From Octopus sinensis (lineage: Eukaryota): 64,000 bases of DNA. The notes beneath the pieces were generated by a model. It was given only the letters and a program-made list of their open reading frames with translations. It was not told where the DNA came from and ran no database searches. Positions 63,503 through 64,000 of the stretch are shown here, piece after piece (the first letter of the stretch is position 1; each line of letters starts with the position of its first letter). The stretch spans positions 212,722,001 through 212,786,000 of the forward strand of contig NC_042997.1 of the NCBI RefSeq assembly GCF_006345805.1, in the 5' to 3' direction. The position numbers and the translations under genes were made by a program.

Positions 63503-64000
63503 AATCAGCCAAGGCCTGATGTGAGCTGCTGGGGAAGGAATCAAATTGGGAGCATTGATTTAAATGCCTTCTTTGATAAAGGAGTTGTCTACTCACACAA
63601 GGAGACATACACAAATGTATATATACATCCACACACACACACAGATGCATACATAATCCCGCATACACAGTCGCTTTGTAAGCAGTCTTTGAAGCAGTAA
63701 ACAACATCAGATTTATGACTCATTCTCTTTCTAACTCAGTCAATCCGAGGACAACAAAAAGCATCTCCAGTTAACTCTGATTCCTTATCACCAAACATTG
63801 ACAGACACCAGAGTCAGTAACATTCATAGCTATCATGAAGTTGATCACGACAGTCCAGATAATGTTGTATTACACTCATTTTAAAGCTAATGAAATCAAC
63901 AAGTCTAGATAAGATTCTTTTCAATGTCTGCCCCTTTAAGCAGGGCCCAGTTTCCATCAAACTCTTTAATTATTTTCTTATCAAATAATCGAGAAGTTTT

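Overview
This is eukaryotic, AT-rich, repeat-saturated DNA, probably intronic or intergenic. The SINE/LINE content and the dense (GAT)n/(CATA)n/(TAA)n microsatellites suggest an octopus genome (inference, not verified). There is no prokaryotic operon, CRISPR array, rRNA or tRNA gene, and no host gene can be assigned; nearly all long ORFs in the track are readings of simple repeats. Mobile elements: decayed RTE LINEs plus about 17 shorter RTE 3' pieces with (GAT)n tails; at least four families of R4/Dong-like LINEs with a restriction-like endonuclease (RLE); one CR1 3' end; RTE-BovB-like fragments; two mariners; three tRNA-derived SINE families; two copies of a non-autonomous Helitron; two foldback/MITE elements; and an LTR-like promoter segment. 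The centre holds two adjacent giant arrays: a ~6.5-kb 78-bp satellite that reads as a His/Cys-rich 26-aa repeat, and a ~4.8-kb (GAA)n/TTG array. The most interesting patterns are R4-like families that appear to partition between (TAA)n and (CATA)n microsatellites, SINE 1.5-mers enclosed in a single target-site duplication (TSD), higher-order repeats at several scales, and a relic hammerhead ribozyme. Coordinates were read by eye; boundaries of decayed elements are approximate (tens of bp).
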